A stretch of 37,877 nucleotides of DNA. Origin: a virus. Taxonomy: Duplodnaviria > Caudoviricetes. Both the position numbers and the translations under genes were made by a program. Below the pieces are notes generated by a model. That model saw nothing but the letters and a program-made list of their open reading frames with translations. It searched no databases and was not told the origin of the DNA. Location of the stretch: IMG/VR virus record IMGVR_UViG_3300043464_002002, positions 1-37,877 of that record; one strand, written 5' to 3'. This document shows positions 16,293-25,100 of the stretch, one piece after another; the stretch's first letter is position 1; each line of letters begins with the position of its first letter.

Positions 16293-17738
16293 TTGCCGGC
16301 CAGTCAGTACAAGCTTTCCCTGAAGGAGCTTGAGGCTGTTGAGACCGCGCGAGCCTTCCGATCCCCGTTGTTGTTAGCCAAGCATTTCTCCAAGGAGTAT
16401 CAAGACTCTAAGCATTTGCATGTGATTGACTGGGAGTTCAGGAATCTGTTGTCGTCGGAGGCGATAGATATCTTGATCATCGCCGCGCCGGTCAGGCATG
16501 GTAAAAGCCTGTACTTGTCCAAGTGGGCTCCGGCATGGTATCACCTGACAAATCCCTACAAGAACACCATCACAACAAGTCACACAGCCTCACTAGCCTT
16601 GAGTAACTCAGCATGGGTCAGAGACAAGGTTCACGAGCTTGCTCCCTTGGTGGGTCTGAAGGGTGTGGATCCTGGGAAGTCGGCCAAGGGTTACTGGGGT
16701 TTGGATCTCCCTGGGGGTGGTGAGTGTCGAGCTGCTGGGGTGGGTGGTGCTATTGCTGGGTTCGGGGCCAGCTTGCTGACAATCGATGATTACCTGAAGG
16801 ATGCCAAAGCAGCCTACTCGAAGGGGGAACGGGACAAGCAATGGGACTGGTTTCTTGCTGCCGCCTCGACCCGTCTTGCTCCTGGTGGTAAGCTGGTGAT
16901 GCTTTGCACGCGCTGGCATTCTGATGACCTCATAGGCAGGATCCTGGAGCATCGATCCAAGTATGGTCTGAGGGTCAGGTCTGTTACCTTGCCGGCCTTG
17001 AAGGAGGATGATGGCAAGGTCGATCCCTGTGGCCGACAGCCCGGCGAGGCCCTGTGGCCTGAGCAATGGCCAGTGGAGGTCCTGGAGCGGCGGAAGAAGA
17101 CAAGTGATGTGTGGTGGAGTGCTTTGTATCAAGGCCGCCCATCGAGCGAGGGGATCAACGAGTTCCCTGCCGAGTACTTTGCAAACATCTGGCTATCTGA
17201 GGAGGAGTGGCCAGAGAAGTATCCATTGCTATCTGCCAGCTATCTGGACCCGTCCAAGGCCAAGAACGAGAAGTCCGACTACCAGGCCATTGTGTACGTT
17301 GGCTATCACAACGGATCGATCATAGTGGATTCAAGCATTGACAGGCTGCCGACTTCAAAGATGCTTGCAAGGTGGGTGGAGTGGGATCGAGAACGCCGGC
17401 CTAAGATCTCAGGCTGTGAGGGGAATGCATTCCAGGAGCTGTTGATCGGAGAGTACTCGTCGGTATGTTCGGAGCTGGGCTACGCGCACGACGACCCCGT
17501 CTGTGTGATCAACACCATAGCCAAGCTTGTGAGGATCAGAGGCATTGGTCCTTGGTTGTCCAGGGGGTTGCTGAAGTTTAGGCGCACAGCCTCCAATGAA
17601 CTTCTTGTCCAGCAGTTGAAGGAGGTTCCCAACGGTGGCCACGACGACGGACCTGATGCGCTGGCCGGCGCACTGAAGCTTCTTCTCCGGTTGCTGGGCG
17701 ATGCCTTCGAGCAGAATGTGACAGAGTCTCTTGCCTGA
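16293..17738 (+). CDS. terL: Terminase large subunit (Terminase_6-type)
   Basis: Walker A APVRHGKS, Walker B LLTIDD, LCTRW, GEALWPE, ALYQGRP, YLDPS, HDDGPDAL. Start uncertain: ATG 16212 lies inside the tRNA; in-frame TTGs at 16266 and 16293. Confidence 0.92.
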   Translation: MPASQYKLSLKELEAVETARAFRSPLLLAKHFSKEYQDSKHLHVIDWEFRNLLSSEAIDILIIAAPVRHGKSLYLSKWAPAWYHLTNPYKNTITTSHTASLALSNSAWVRDKVHELAPLVGLKGVDPGKSAKGYWGLDLPGGGECRAAGVGGAIAGFGASLLTIDDYLKDAKAAYSKGERDKQWDWFLAAASTRLAPGGKLVMLCTRWHSDDLIGRILEHRSKYGLRVRSVTLPALKEDDGKVDPCGRQPGEALWPEQWPVEVLERRKKTSDVWWSALYQGRPSSEGINEFPAEYFANIWLSEEEWPEKYPLLSASYLDPSKAKNEKSDYQAIVYVGYHNGSIIVDSSIDRLPTSKMLARWVEWDRERRPKISGCEGNAFQELLIGEYSSVCSELGYAHDDPVCVINTIAKLVRIRGIGPWLSRGLLKFRRTASNELLVQQLKEVPNGGHDDGPDALAGALKLLLRLLGDAFEQNVTESLA

Positions 17739-17751
17739 TTCCTCTTGGTTT

Positions 17752-17761
17752 GCGTTCTGTA
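17752..17761 (+). promoter_or_regulatory. GCGTTCTGTA promoter element (copy 6)
   Basis: 10-mer just after terL stop, 5 nt before ATG 17767. Confidence 0.55.
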
Positions 17762-17766
17762 TCTCC

Positions 17767-17946
17767 ATGAGCAAAAACAAACGCAAGACGACAGGTGCCA
17801 AGAAAACCCAGTATCCTATTGCTGAGGAATTGCCACCCAAGCTGTCCGGTTACCAGATCGCTTTGGCCTACTGGGAGAATGAGAAGTACATGTTCCCTGA
17901 GTCCGAGTGGGCAGACCGAGAACCGAAGCAAGAGGACTTCAAATGA
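17767..17946 (+). CDS. Small hypothetical protein (possibly leaderless)
   Basis: ATG 17767; ATGA overlap with next gene. Confidence 0.55.
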   Translation: MSKNKRKTTGAKKTQYPIAEELPPKLSGYQIALAYWENEKYMFPESEWADREPKQEDFK

Positions 17947-18119
17947 ACCAGGAAAAAGTTGACAAGCTGATCAAAGAGATCGAGAAGCATATGCGTTCGT
18001 TAGATCGCAAGGCTAAAAAATGCACCAAGGCAGGTGACGCGATGTGGGCCGCGGTTCATACTGGACGCGTGCTCGGGCTGCTTGATGCAAGGAACTTGAT
18101 TCTCGAAGCACAACAATGA
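17943..18119 (+). CDS. Small hypothetical protein
   Basis: GAGGA RBS, ATG 17943. Confidence 0.6.
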   Translation: MNQEKVDKLIKEIEKHMRSLDRKAKKCTKAGDAMWAAVHTGRVLGLLDARNLILEAQQ

Positions 18120-18144
18120 ACGACGAGCGATTTTGAGGAAATAA

Positions 18145-18567
18145 ATGCGAGTACTTGAGAATGTGTTGTCGTGTGGCATCGCAGCCGGCGTGGTGGGAAG
18201 CGTCCTTGTCGCGGCATTTGTTTTGCCCGTCGAGCAGAAGCCTTGGGAGTACAAATACAGAGCCAAGGTGGTCAGGGTTGTGGATGGTGATACGGTGGAC
18301 TTGGAGGTGGATCTTGGGTTTGATGTGAAGCTATCTGGCCGGTTCCGATTACTGGGCCTGGATGCTCCAGAGATGAGGACTGAGGCTGGGAGGGTGTCAG
18401 CAGCCAAGCTGAAGGAATTGCTTCCAGAGGGTCAGGCAGTGGTGGTGGAGTCAGCTAAAGACAAAAGGGAAAAGTACGGGAGATACCTTGGAGTGATTTT
18501 TGTGGGAGAGCAGAATGTTAACCGTCGCATGGTGGAATTGGGGTTGGCTGTTGAAAAGGATTACTGA
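18145..18567 (+). CDS. Thermonuclease (SNase-family) with N-terminal hydrophobic segment
   Basis: VVRVVDGDT, RLLGLDAPE, EKYGRYLG, VNRRMVELGLA. Confidence 0.9.
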   Translation: MRVLENVLSCGIAAGVVGSVLVAAFVLPVEQKPWEYKYRAKVVRVVDGDTVDLEVDLGFDVKLSGRFRLLGLDAPEMRTEAGRVSAAKLKELLPEGQAVVVESAKDKREKYGRYLGVIFVGEQNVNRRMVELGLAVEKDY

Positions 18568-18850
18568 GCCTGTGGGGAGAAAGCATATCAACTTGGTGAT
18601 CCGACGGACTCGATGGTTTGAGCATTGTCCAGAGGGTAAAGGCTTTGGCGAGGATGCCGAGAGCTTCATGCGTTTCTCTGAGTCCACATTCACTTTTGAG
18701 ACCGTGGAGTTGAAGTTCGGGATGACAGCCGTTGGCGTAAAGCAAAGGATCCTGGATTCCCTTCCATCCGGCCAAAGTGTTTTCATCCAAGATCTGACAG
18801 ATCTGGAGTTTGCAGCCGCGAAAAAGCTGATGGAAGAATCTTTTTGGTAA
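18551..18850 (+). CDS. Hypothetical protein
   Basis: Part of ORF 18500..18850 filling the gap; start uncertain. Confidence 0.5.
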   Translation: MKRITEPVGRKHINLVIRRTRWFEHCPEGKGFGEDAESFMRFSESTFTFETVELKFGMTAVGVKQRILDSLPSGQSVFIQDLTDLEFAAAKKLMEESFW

Positions 18851-18851
18851 A

Positions 18852-18887
18852 TCTGCGCCCTGTTTTGTGACAACCTGGGCCTTGTTA
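18852..18887 (+). promoter_or_regulatory. Second bipartite motif (copy B)
   Basis: TCTGCGCCCTG 18852-18862, AACCTGGGCCT 18872-18882, then TGTTA. Confidence 0.6.
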
Positions 18888-18942
18888 TCTATGGCCAATG
18901 TGAATGTGGCCAAGTCAAGGTCAACTTCAAAGGGTCAGTCAG

Positions 18943-19359
18943 ATGGAAACAGTTTTAGATTCAGCCAAGCTTCAGTCGATCGCCACCCACAATTGCGTGG
19001 TAACAGTCACCAATCCAGAGACTGGCAATCATCGCACTTTGCGGATCCGCACCATGGGCAAGGATTCCAAGTTCGCCCCAGGGGAGAGGGTGGCTGAGTT
19101 GCTGGTGGGTCCTGACAACACTTCAGACTTCAAGGGGTTTGGCTTCGTGTTGCCAGATGGCCGGGTTCAGCTGTGGAAGAAGAATGCAGGATCGCCTGTG
19201 TTCCAATGGTATGCCAAGTTCCTGGGCAACATGGAAGCCTTCCAGGAAAAGGGTTTTGAGGTTCAATACCAAAGCAGCTGTAGGAGGTGTAGCCGACCAT
19301 TAACATGCCCAGAGTCCCTGAGGCTTGGCCTTGGTCCTGTATGCTCAGAACTCGAGTGA
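18943..19359 (+). CDS. DUF6011-type Zn-finger phage protein
   Basis: LLVGPDNTSDF..FG and CRRCSRPLTCPESLRLGLGPVC. Confidence 0.8.
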   Translation: METVLDSAKLQSIATHNCVVTVTNPETGNHRTLRIRTMGKDSKFAPGERVAELLVGPDNTSDFKGFGFVLPDGRVQLWKKNAGSPVFQWYAKFLGNMEAFQEKGFEVQYQSSCRRCSRPLTCPESLRLGLGPVCSELE

Positions 19360-19392
19360 TACCCCTCAAACAGGGGGGTGGCATGGGTGCGA

Positions 19393-19414
19393 AATCTGTA
19401 AACGTTTACAGATT
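19393..19414. promoter_or_regulatory. Perfect 22-bp palindrome, candidate operator
   Basis: AATCTGTAAAC|GTTTACAGATT in intergenic DNA. Confidence 0.5.
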
Positions 19415-19460
19415 CAAAATGGGGCAAAAGTGGGGTCGGCCAATAAAAATACAGGAAATG

Positions 19461-19491
19461 TGTCTAGTTTTGTCCGATTCAGCGTTCTATA
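19461..19491 (+). promoter_or_regulatory. Bipartite promoter motif (copy 7)
   Basis: TGTCTAG 19461, GCGTTCTATA 19482. Confidence 0.7.
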
Positions 19492-19534
19492 GGTTTGAGT
19501 TTGTTTTCAGTGTGTTTTTTGTGGAGTAAGTAGC

Positions 19535-19897
19535 ATGTTTGTAGTTCATCGCATTGGTGTAGAATCTTCCCTTACAGTGGCAATCATTCCAGAGACTTGC
19601 CAGGTCCTGTCGGCTGGGTTGGGTGGGAATGGCCTTCCAAGTCTTTGGTACTCGGTGGATGCCGTTGAGCCAGAGTCTTTTCAGGTGTTGGTTGTGGACA
19701 ACATACCGACCGGGCAGATGGCGGGTTGCAGTTGTCCAAGGCACTTTCTTGGGACCGTCAATGTGGGTGGCAAGGTGAGCCATCTTTTCAGACGCACCCA
19801 TCTGCCTCTCATCTCCATGGAAAAGGCTTTGTCAATGAAGGAGATGACACCGGCTCAGGTCCTGGATGAGTTGGCAGCCATGATGGTGCCGGCGTAG
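19535..19897 (+). CDS. Hypothetical protein
   Basis: GGAG RBS; QVLSAG..PSLWYSVD..FLGTV..VSHLF pattern of a small beta-rich phage protein. Confidence 0.7.
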   Translation: MFVVHRIGVESSLTVAIIPETCQVLSAGLGGNGLPSLWYSVDAVEPESFQVLVVDNIPTGQMAGCSCPRHFLGTVNVGGKVSHLFRRTHLPLISMEKALSMKEMTPAQVLDELAAMMVPA

Positions 19898-19932
19898 GAT
19901 TGCCGGCTGGCTGGTTGGAAAAAATGAAAGCC

Positions 19933-19963
19933 TGTCTAGGTTTGGCCTGGCAGGCGTTCTATA
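19933..19963 (+). promoter_or_regulatory. Bipartite promoter motif (copy 8)
   Basis: TGTCTAG 19933, GCGTTCTATA 19954, upstream of the ADP-ribosylglycohydrolase. Confidence 0.7.
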
Positions 19964-20006
19964 GGTTTGGGTTCTTGTGTGACAGAGTGGTATTGTGGGG
20001 TGTGTG

Positions 20007-20882
20007 ATGTTGAATAAAGACAGGATGATGGGGTCAGTGTTGGGGTTGGCGATCGGTGATGCGATGGGCCAATCTGTGGAGTTTAAGCAGAGGGGTTCTT
20101 TCCCTGAAGTGACTGGCTATCGTGGTGGAGGACCCTTTGGCTTGAATGCCGGGGAGTGGACGGATGATACTTCCATGGCCATTGCCTTCATGGATACCGT
20201 TATCCAGCAAGGTGGGTGCCCAGGTTTGATGTTTAATGCCAAAGGGCTTATGGATAGTTGGGTCAGTTGGTACAAGGAAGGCAAGTACTCAGTCAACGGA
20301 AGGTGCTTTGATATTGGTGGACGGACGCGGTCTTCGCTGGAGCATTACATCAAAACTAGAGATGTTCCATCGCTGGACAATGCAGCGCTTGGCAATGGGG
20401 CTGTGATGCGTCTTGCCCCAGCAGCGATCATGGATGCCTTTGTGTCTGTTCATCGAGGCAAGTGCCTCCCTGCAATGTCCTTGATGCAAGGTATGTTGAC
20501 TCATCCCTCAATGGAGTCCTTTGCCGAGTGCGAATCTTTAGCACGGACTTTGATTATGTGCTTTGCTGATCTGCTTATCAAGCCATGCGGAGTTTCAGAA
20601 AAGGCCCCCGACTTGTTTGGTGGCAAGGCTACCGATTGCATGACGCTGGCCAAGTGGTCACTGGGTGGTTCTGTAAGCTTCAAGGATGCAATCCTCAGGG
20701 CGGCAAACCTGGGTGGCGATGCCGACTCCATTGGCGCTGTCACTGGGCAGATGGCAGGCGCATACTACGGCCTGAATAAAATCAGGGAGAGCGGCCTCTT
20801 GGAAGGCTTGGCTCAAGTTTCAGATCTTTTGGAAATGACGATGGAGTTCATCAGTGTTGTTGAAGCTAACTACAAAGAGTAG
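20007..20882 (+). CDS. ADP-ribosylglycohydrolase (DraG/ARH family)
   Basis: GLAIGDAMG, EWTDDT, FDIG, GNGAVMRLAP, GGDADSIGAVTGQMAGAYYG. Confidence 0.95.
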   Translation: MLNKDRMMGSVLGLAIGDAMGQSVEFKQRGSFPEVTGYRGGGPFGLNAGEWTDDTSMAIAFMDTVIQQGGCPGLMFNAKGLMDSWVSWYKEGKYSVNGRCFDIGGRTRSSLEHYIKTRDVPSLDNAALGNGAVMRLAPAAIMDAFVSVHRGKCLPAMSLMQGMLTHPSMESFAECESLARTLIMCFADLLIKPCGVSEKAPDLFGGKATDCMTLAKWSLGGSVSFKDAILRAANLGGDADSIGAVTGQMAGAYYGLNKIRESGLLEGLAQVSDLLEMTMEFISVVEANYKE

Positions 20883-21459
20883 GGCGATTGGTCCAGGCAA
20901 TAGTTGCTTGTTGTATGAGGCGATCCAGCATCGTTTGTATTGCGGGAAATATCCTGCCAAGAATCCAGCCGAGTTAAAAGACTCAGCAGCTGAGCTTGGC
21001 TTGTTGGGTATCGACACGGTGGTGGACTTTACAGAGCCAGATGAGTTGACGACGGCAGGCGAGCCACTGTTCAAGTTTTCGTGGACTGGAGCTGATGCTG
21101 CTAATCTGATGCGGCGCTTTGGTTTGGATAGTGTCAGACCATTTGAGTATGTCAATCTCTCGGTGGTTGACGATCATCCTCCGACTAAGGCAGTTGCGAC
21201 TCGGTTCTGCAAGCTGTTGGATGCGGAGTTTGAATCTGGCCGGCGTGTTTATATCCACTGTCGCGGCGGCATTGGGAGGACTGCTACCATGGTGTGTGTT
21301 TATTTGCTGTGGGCTGGGATGGCAAGCCGCTACAGTTGGAGGAAAACCATCGACAACCTCAGGTGCAGTCAGGATCGAAATGCTCCGATGCCATTGCAGG
21401 TTGATTGGTTGAACGAGGTCTGGGTTCCATACTGCGAGGAGGTCTGGGCGAAATACTAG
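20854..21459 (+). CDS. Cys-based protein tyrosine/dual-specificity phosphatase
   Basis: CX5R loop VYIHCRGGIGRT, VVDDHPP acid loop, LYCGKYP. Confidence 0.9.
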   Translation: MLLKLTTKSRAIGPGNSCLLYEAIQHRLYCGKYPAKNPAELKDSAAELGLLGIDTVVDFTEPDELTTAGEPLFKFSWTGADAANLMRRFGLDSVRPFEYVNLSVVDDHPPTKAVATRFCKLLDAEFESGRRVYIHCRGGIGRTATMVCVYLLWAGMASRYSWRKTIDNLRCSQDRNAPMPLQVDWLNEVWVPYCEEVWAKY

Positions 21460-22067
21460 GTCAGGTCTTGAGGAGCCAAGACAACGTAAGGCAAAGCTGT
21501 AAACTCTTGGATTGCCACAGCGCGGCTAATAGTCCTGGATGGCAGCTTTATTTCGTTGTGCATAAGAGAAGCAAGCTGGAAAGATCTTTTGCCAACCATG
21601 ACGGTACGTGTGATGGGGTTGGGAAGATTGATAGTAGCTTGCAGGATCTTCAAAGCGCTGGCTGTTACAAAGGCTCCTTCAAGCTGTAGGTTTCCCATTG
21701 CCTCTGCGATCCATTCTCTAATCCATTCTCTGGTGGTAACAGGTTGCTTGTAATACCTGACCGATTGCAGCCAACCATCTTGGCAGTAGCCGGCTAATTC
21801 TCTGGTTGTCGGCCTGTTGGGAAAGAAGTAGGAAGCCTCTTCCATCGCAATGAATCCTTCTGGACAAGTGCGTGATCTTTTTGGCCGTTTGAGGTCTGCT
21901 ATCCTCCGTCTCAGCCTCTCTGAGTACAGGTGGTATCTTTGCCAAGACAGGTGCGTTGACACCGTCTGACGGCAAATGCCAAGCTCTAATGCAATCATCG
22001 ACATGCTTGCTTCTTTGTGATACTGGTAAAAAATCTGGTAGATTGTCACTTCATCAAGCTGGAGCAT
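21456..22067 (-). CDS. HTH DNA-binding protein, divergent from portal
   Basis: SMSMIALELGICRQTVSTHL HTH; second excisionase-like segment; GGA RBS on minus strand; only credible minus-strand gene. Confidence 0.7.
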   Translation of the reverse strand: MLQLDEVTIYQIFYQYHKEASMSMIALELGICRQTVSTHLSWQRYHLYSERLRRRIADLKRPKRSRTCPEGFIAMEEASYFFPNRPTTRELAGYCQDGWLQSVRYYKQPVTTREWIREWIAEAMGNLQLEGAFVTASALKILQATINLPNPITRTVMVGKRSFQLASLMHNEIKLPSRTISRAVAIQEFTALPYVVLAPQDLT

Positions 22068-22143
22068 GCTGAGCTAGGTTCCTCTTTGGGTGGTCTTTGT
22101 GCTGGTAGATTTCAGTGGCTGTTTTCCATGGAGAAAAGAAACA

Positions 22144-25100
22144 ATGTCGGAATCGCTACAGGTAAAACTACAGGGCACGCAACTACAGGAGAGCTGGGGT
22201 GAGCTGATCAATCCCTACGAGTTCATGCAGGATACGCGCGAGGACTTTGGGGGAACAGTGCTTTCGGCCTATTCTACGATATACGACCGAGCCGATGGAC
22301 GCTACCGACCTGTCTACGAAACCGAAATGGATCTTCGTCGAGTCAGGGCAATGGCTTGGTCCCTGGCCGAGACCGTCCCAGCAGCCCAATCGTGGGTAAA
22401 TCGGCTGGTGGATTACACCATCGGCACCGGGTTTGACTGGTCGGTGACGTCGAAGGAAAAACCTCAGGTGGCCAATGCTGTCAAAGGCTGGATCGATAGG
22501 ACTTTTGAGAATAGCAATTGGTCGTCTGGCCTTGAGAGAGAAAGCTTTGCCCGAGAGGTTGCCGATGGTGAATTCATTGGAGCAGTGGAGCAATCGGCAG
22601 GGTGTTGTTGTGTCAGTACCTTCGAGCCCGACGAGCTGACCCTCCCCCTGCGATCCAAAGAGCTGGATGAGTGGCTGGACTTAGACTTTGTTTCTTCTTG
22701 GTCCTTTGGTGTCTTGACCAAGGAGAGCAGGCCGGCGAAGCATTATGGGTATCACTTGGTTCACAACGCCATCGGTTCGGACTGGAACTATATCCCAGTC
22801 GACAAGGCTGTCTTTTGGAGGCGCAATGGGAGGCAGAATGCCAAGCGTGGCTTCTCCGACTTCCACCGAGTCTTCTTGCACTTGGCAAGGTCCAACTTGG
22901 TCCTGACTAACACAGCTGAGGGGGCAGCTACTCAGGCAGCCATTGCCTACATTGTGGAGCATGGCCAGAACACAAGCCGATCCGACATCGAGCGCATGGT
23001 AGCAGCCGACTCCTATGTGGGCAGCCATCCCGATCCCATGACAGGCTTGATGCAAAGAAAGAAAAGGATGAGGGCTGGGACGCGGATCGATACCAAGGGT
23101 GGCAAGTACCAAGCAGGTCCTCTGGGTGACAACAAGAGCAATATCTACTTGGATGTGATGGAAGCCCTGCTACGCATTGCCGGCTCCGTGCATGCCTTCC
23201 CAGAGGGGATGCTGACAGGCAGCTATGCCAACAACAACTTTGCAAGTTCGCTAACGGCAGAGGCTCCCTTCATCCAGGGTCGTCTGGCCGATCAAGCCTC
23301 CAGGGCGATGCGTGTAAAATCACTGATGAAAACAATCGTTGTCACTGGCTACGAGATGGGCGTATTCCGATCCTTTGGCATAACACTGGAGGAGCTTTTG
23401 GGTGTGATCGAATTGTCGGTCATTCCCTCTAAGATTGTTCACAGAGACCCATTGATGTTGACTCAGGCCTTGAAGCTTCAGGCTGAGGCTGGATGGGTAT
23501 CTGACAAGACTGCCATGACCGAGCTTGGCCGCGATGCAGAGGTTGAAAAGCAGAACGGAGCTAAGGCCTTGCAGAAGGAAAGTGGCCCCGAAGGCGAAAA
23601 TCCTGAAGCTCCTGGTGGTCTTGAGGGCAATGGCCCTAGTGGTCCAAGTGGCACAGATCCCCAAGGCAGCCAGGCGGTTTGGATGGGGCTCAGTCGGCAA
23701 CAGTTTATCAGGAATCAAAAGGCCTTGAATGACATTGTTGATGGTCTAGAGAACAAGACTATCGGAAGAAACAAGGCGCGGGTGCTGCTTGCTTCTATTG
23801 GAATGCCAAAAGAGTCCATTGAGATCCTGATGCAAGATATGGTAGATGGGAAGCTGGATGTGCAGCCACCCAAGGAAGTGCAGCAAGAGCCAGTGCAAGA
23901 ATCAGCATCCAGGACCAAGAAGCCAGCTGGTTGCAGATCGAAACGGGTCAAGGTGCTGAGGGAAGAATACAAAGCCAAGAGAGCTTTGAGAAATCAAAAG
24001 CATTTGAAAGAATCCTTCCAAGAGATGTTTACACCCCAGACACAGCCAAGAGGCAAGGATGGGAAGTGGATCTACTCCGGCGTCGATACCAGTGGATGGC
24101 CATCTAGCAATTCAACATCCAAGGCTTGCAAGGCATCCATCAAAGCAATGGAGAAGATGGTAGCGCAAGGGAAGTGGGATGAGCTTGAGTCTGTGCCAAT
24201 CTACAGCGGATCCTCTAGCCCCTTTGAAGTTGGCAAAGCTCAAGCAAAAGCAAACCTTCTTGCCATGAAGTCCAACGACAACACTCCAAAGAATGCCAAG
24301 CCAGTGGGTGAGGATCCTGCCATCCTTGGAGGCTGGAAGAAGATTGGGGAAAGTCTTGGGACAGAAAAGGGTGGGTTGTATATCGGGCCAGATGGGAAGA
24401 AGTACTACGTCAAGACTCCCGACAATCCAGATCGGGCAAGGAATGAGGTTCTCGCAACCAAGCTGTACAAGGCAGTCAATGCCAATGTGATTGAAGCCAA
24501 CTTGGTTGATGTGGATGGCAAGCTTGCAGTGGCTACCCTCTGGGCCGACGATGCGACCAAGATGGACTGGAATTCCCAATTGGCCAAGAACGCTGCTGCG
24601 CCCGACTTTGCAGCCCATGCATGGCTCAATAACTGGGATGCCGTTGGGGCTGGGTCAGAAAACCCAATGGACAACATCAAGTGGATTGGTGGCAAGGCAA
24701 CATTGGTTGATGCCGGTGGATCTTTGGACTACTCAGGGATGGGCGGGGCTGGCAAAAAGCCTTTCTCTGGCGACATCGCAGAGCACAATACCTTGGTGAA
24801 TCCGTCCATCAACCCGACCATGGCCAAGGTTTTTGGTGGCATGACCCCAGAGCAAAGGCAAGAGTCCTTCAAGAAGGTAATCTCTATCACCGATGGCGAG
24901 ATTGCAGACTTGGTGGACAAGTACCACGGCGGCGACGATTACGACAAGTCCATGATGCAACAGAAGCTGATCTCCAGGAGAGACCAACTTGCAGAGGTGT
25001 ACTATGCTGTGGAGCAGACCAAGGCCGACAGCGACCTGAATAAGTTTGCAGCAGCACAGAAGGCAATCGATGCGGCCGATGCAGAGCTTGCAGCCAAGGA

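Noticed and set aside
1255-19963. Dispersed GCGTTCTATA repeats as a CRISPR-like array
   Set aside because: Copies are short, kilobases apart and sit before genes; no regular repeat-spacer period and no cas genes.
21709-21731. ATCCATTCTCT direct repeat
   Set aside because: Encodes REWIREWI in the HTH gene; simple codon duplication.
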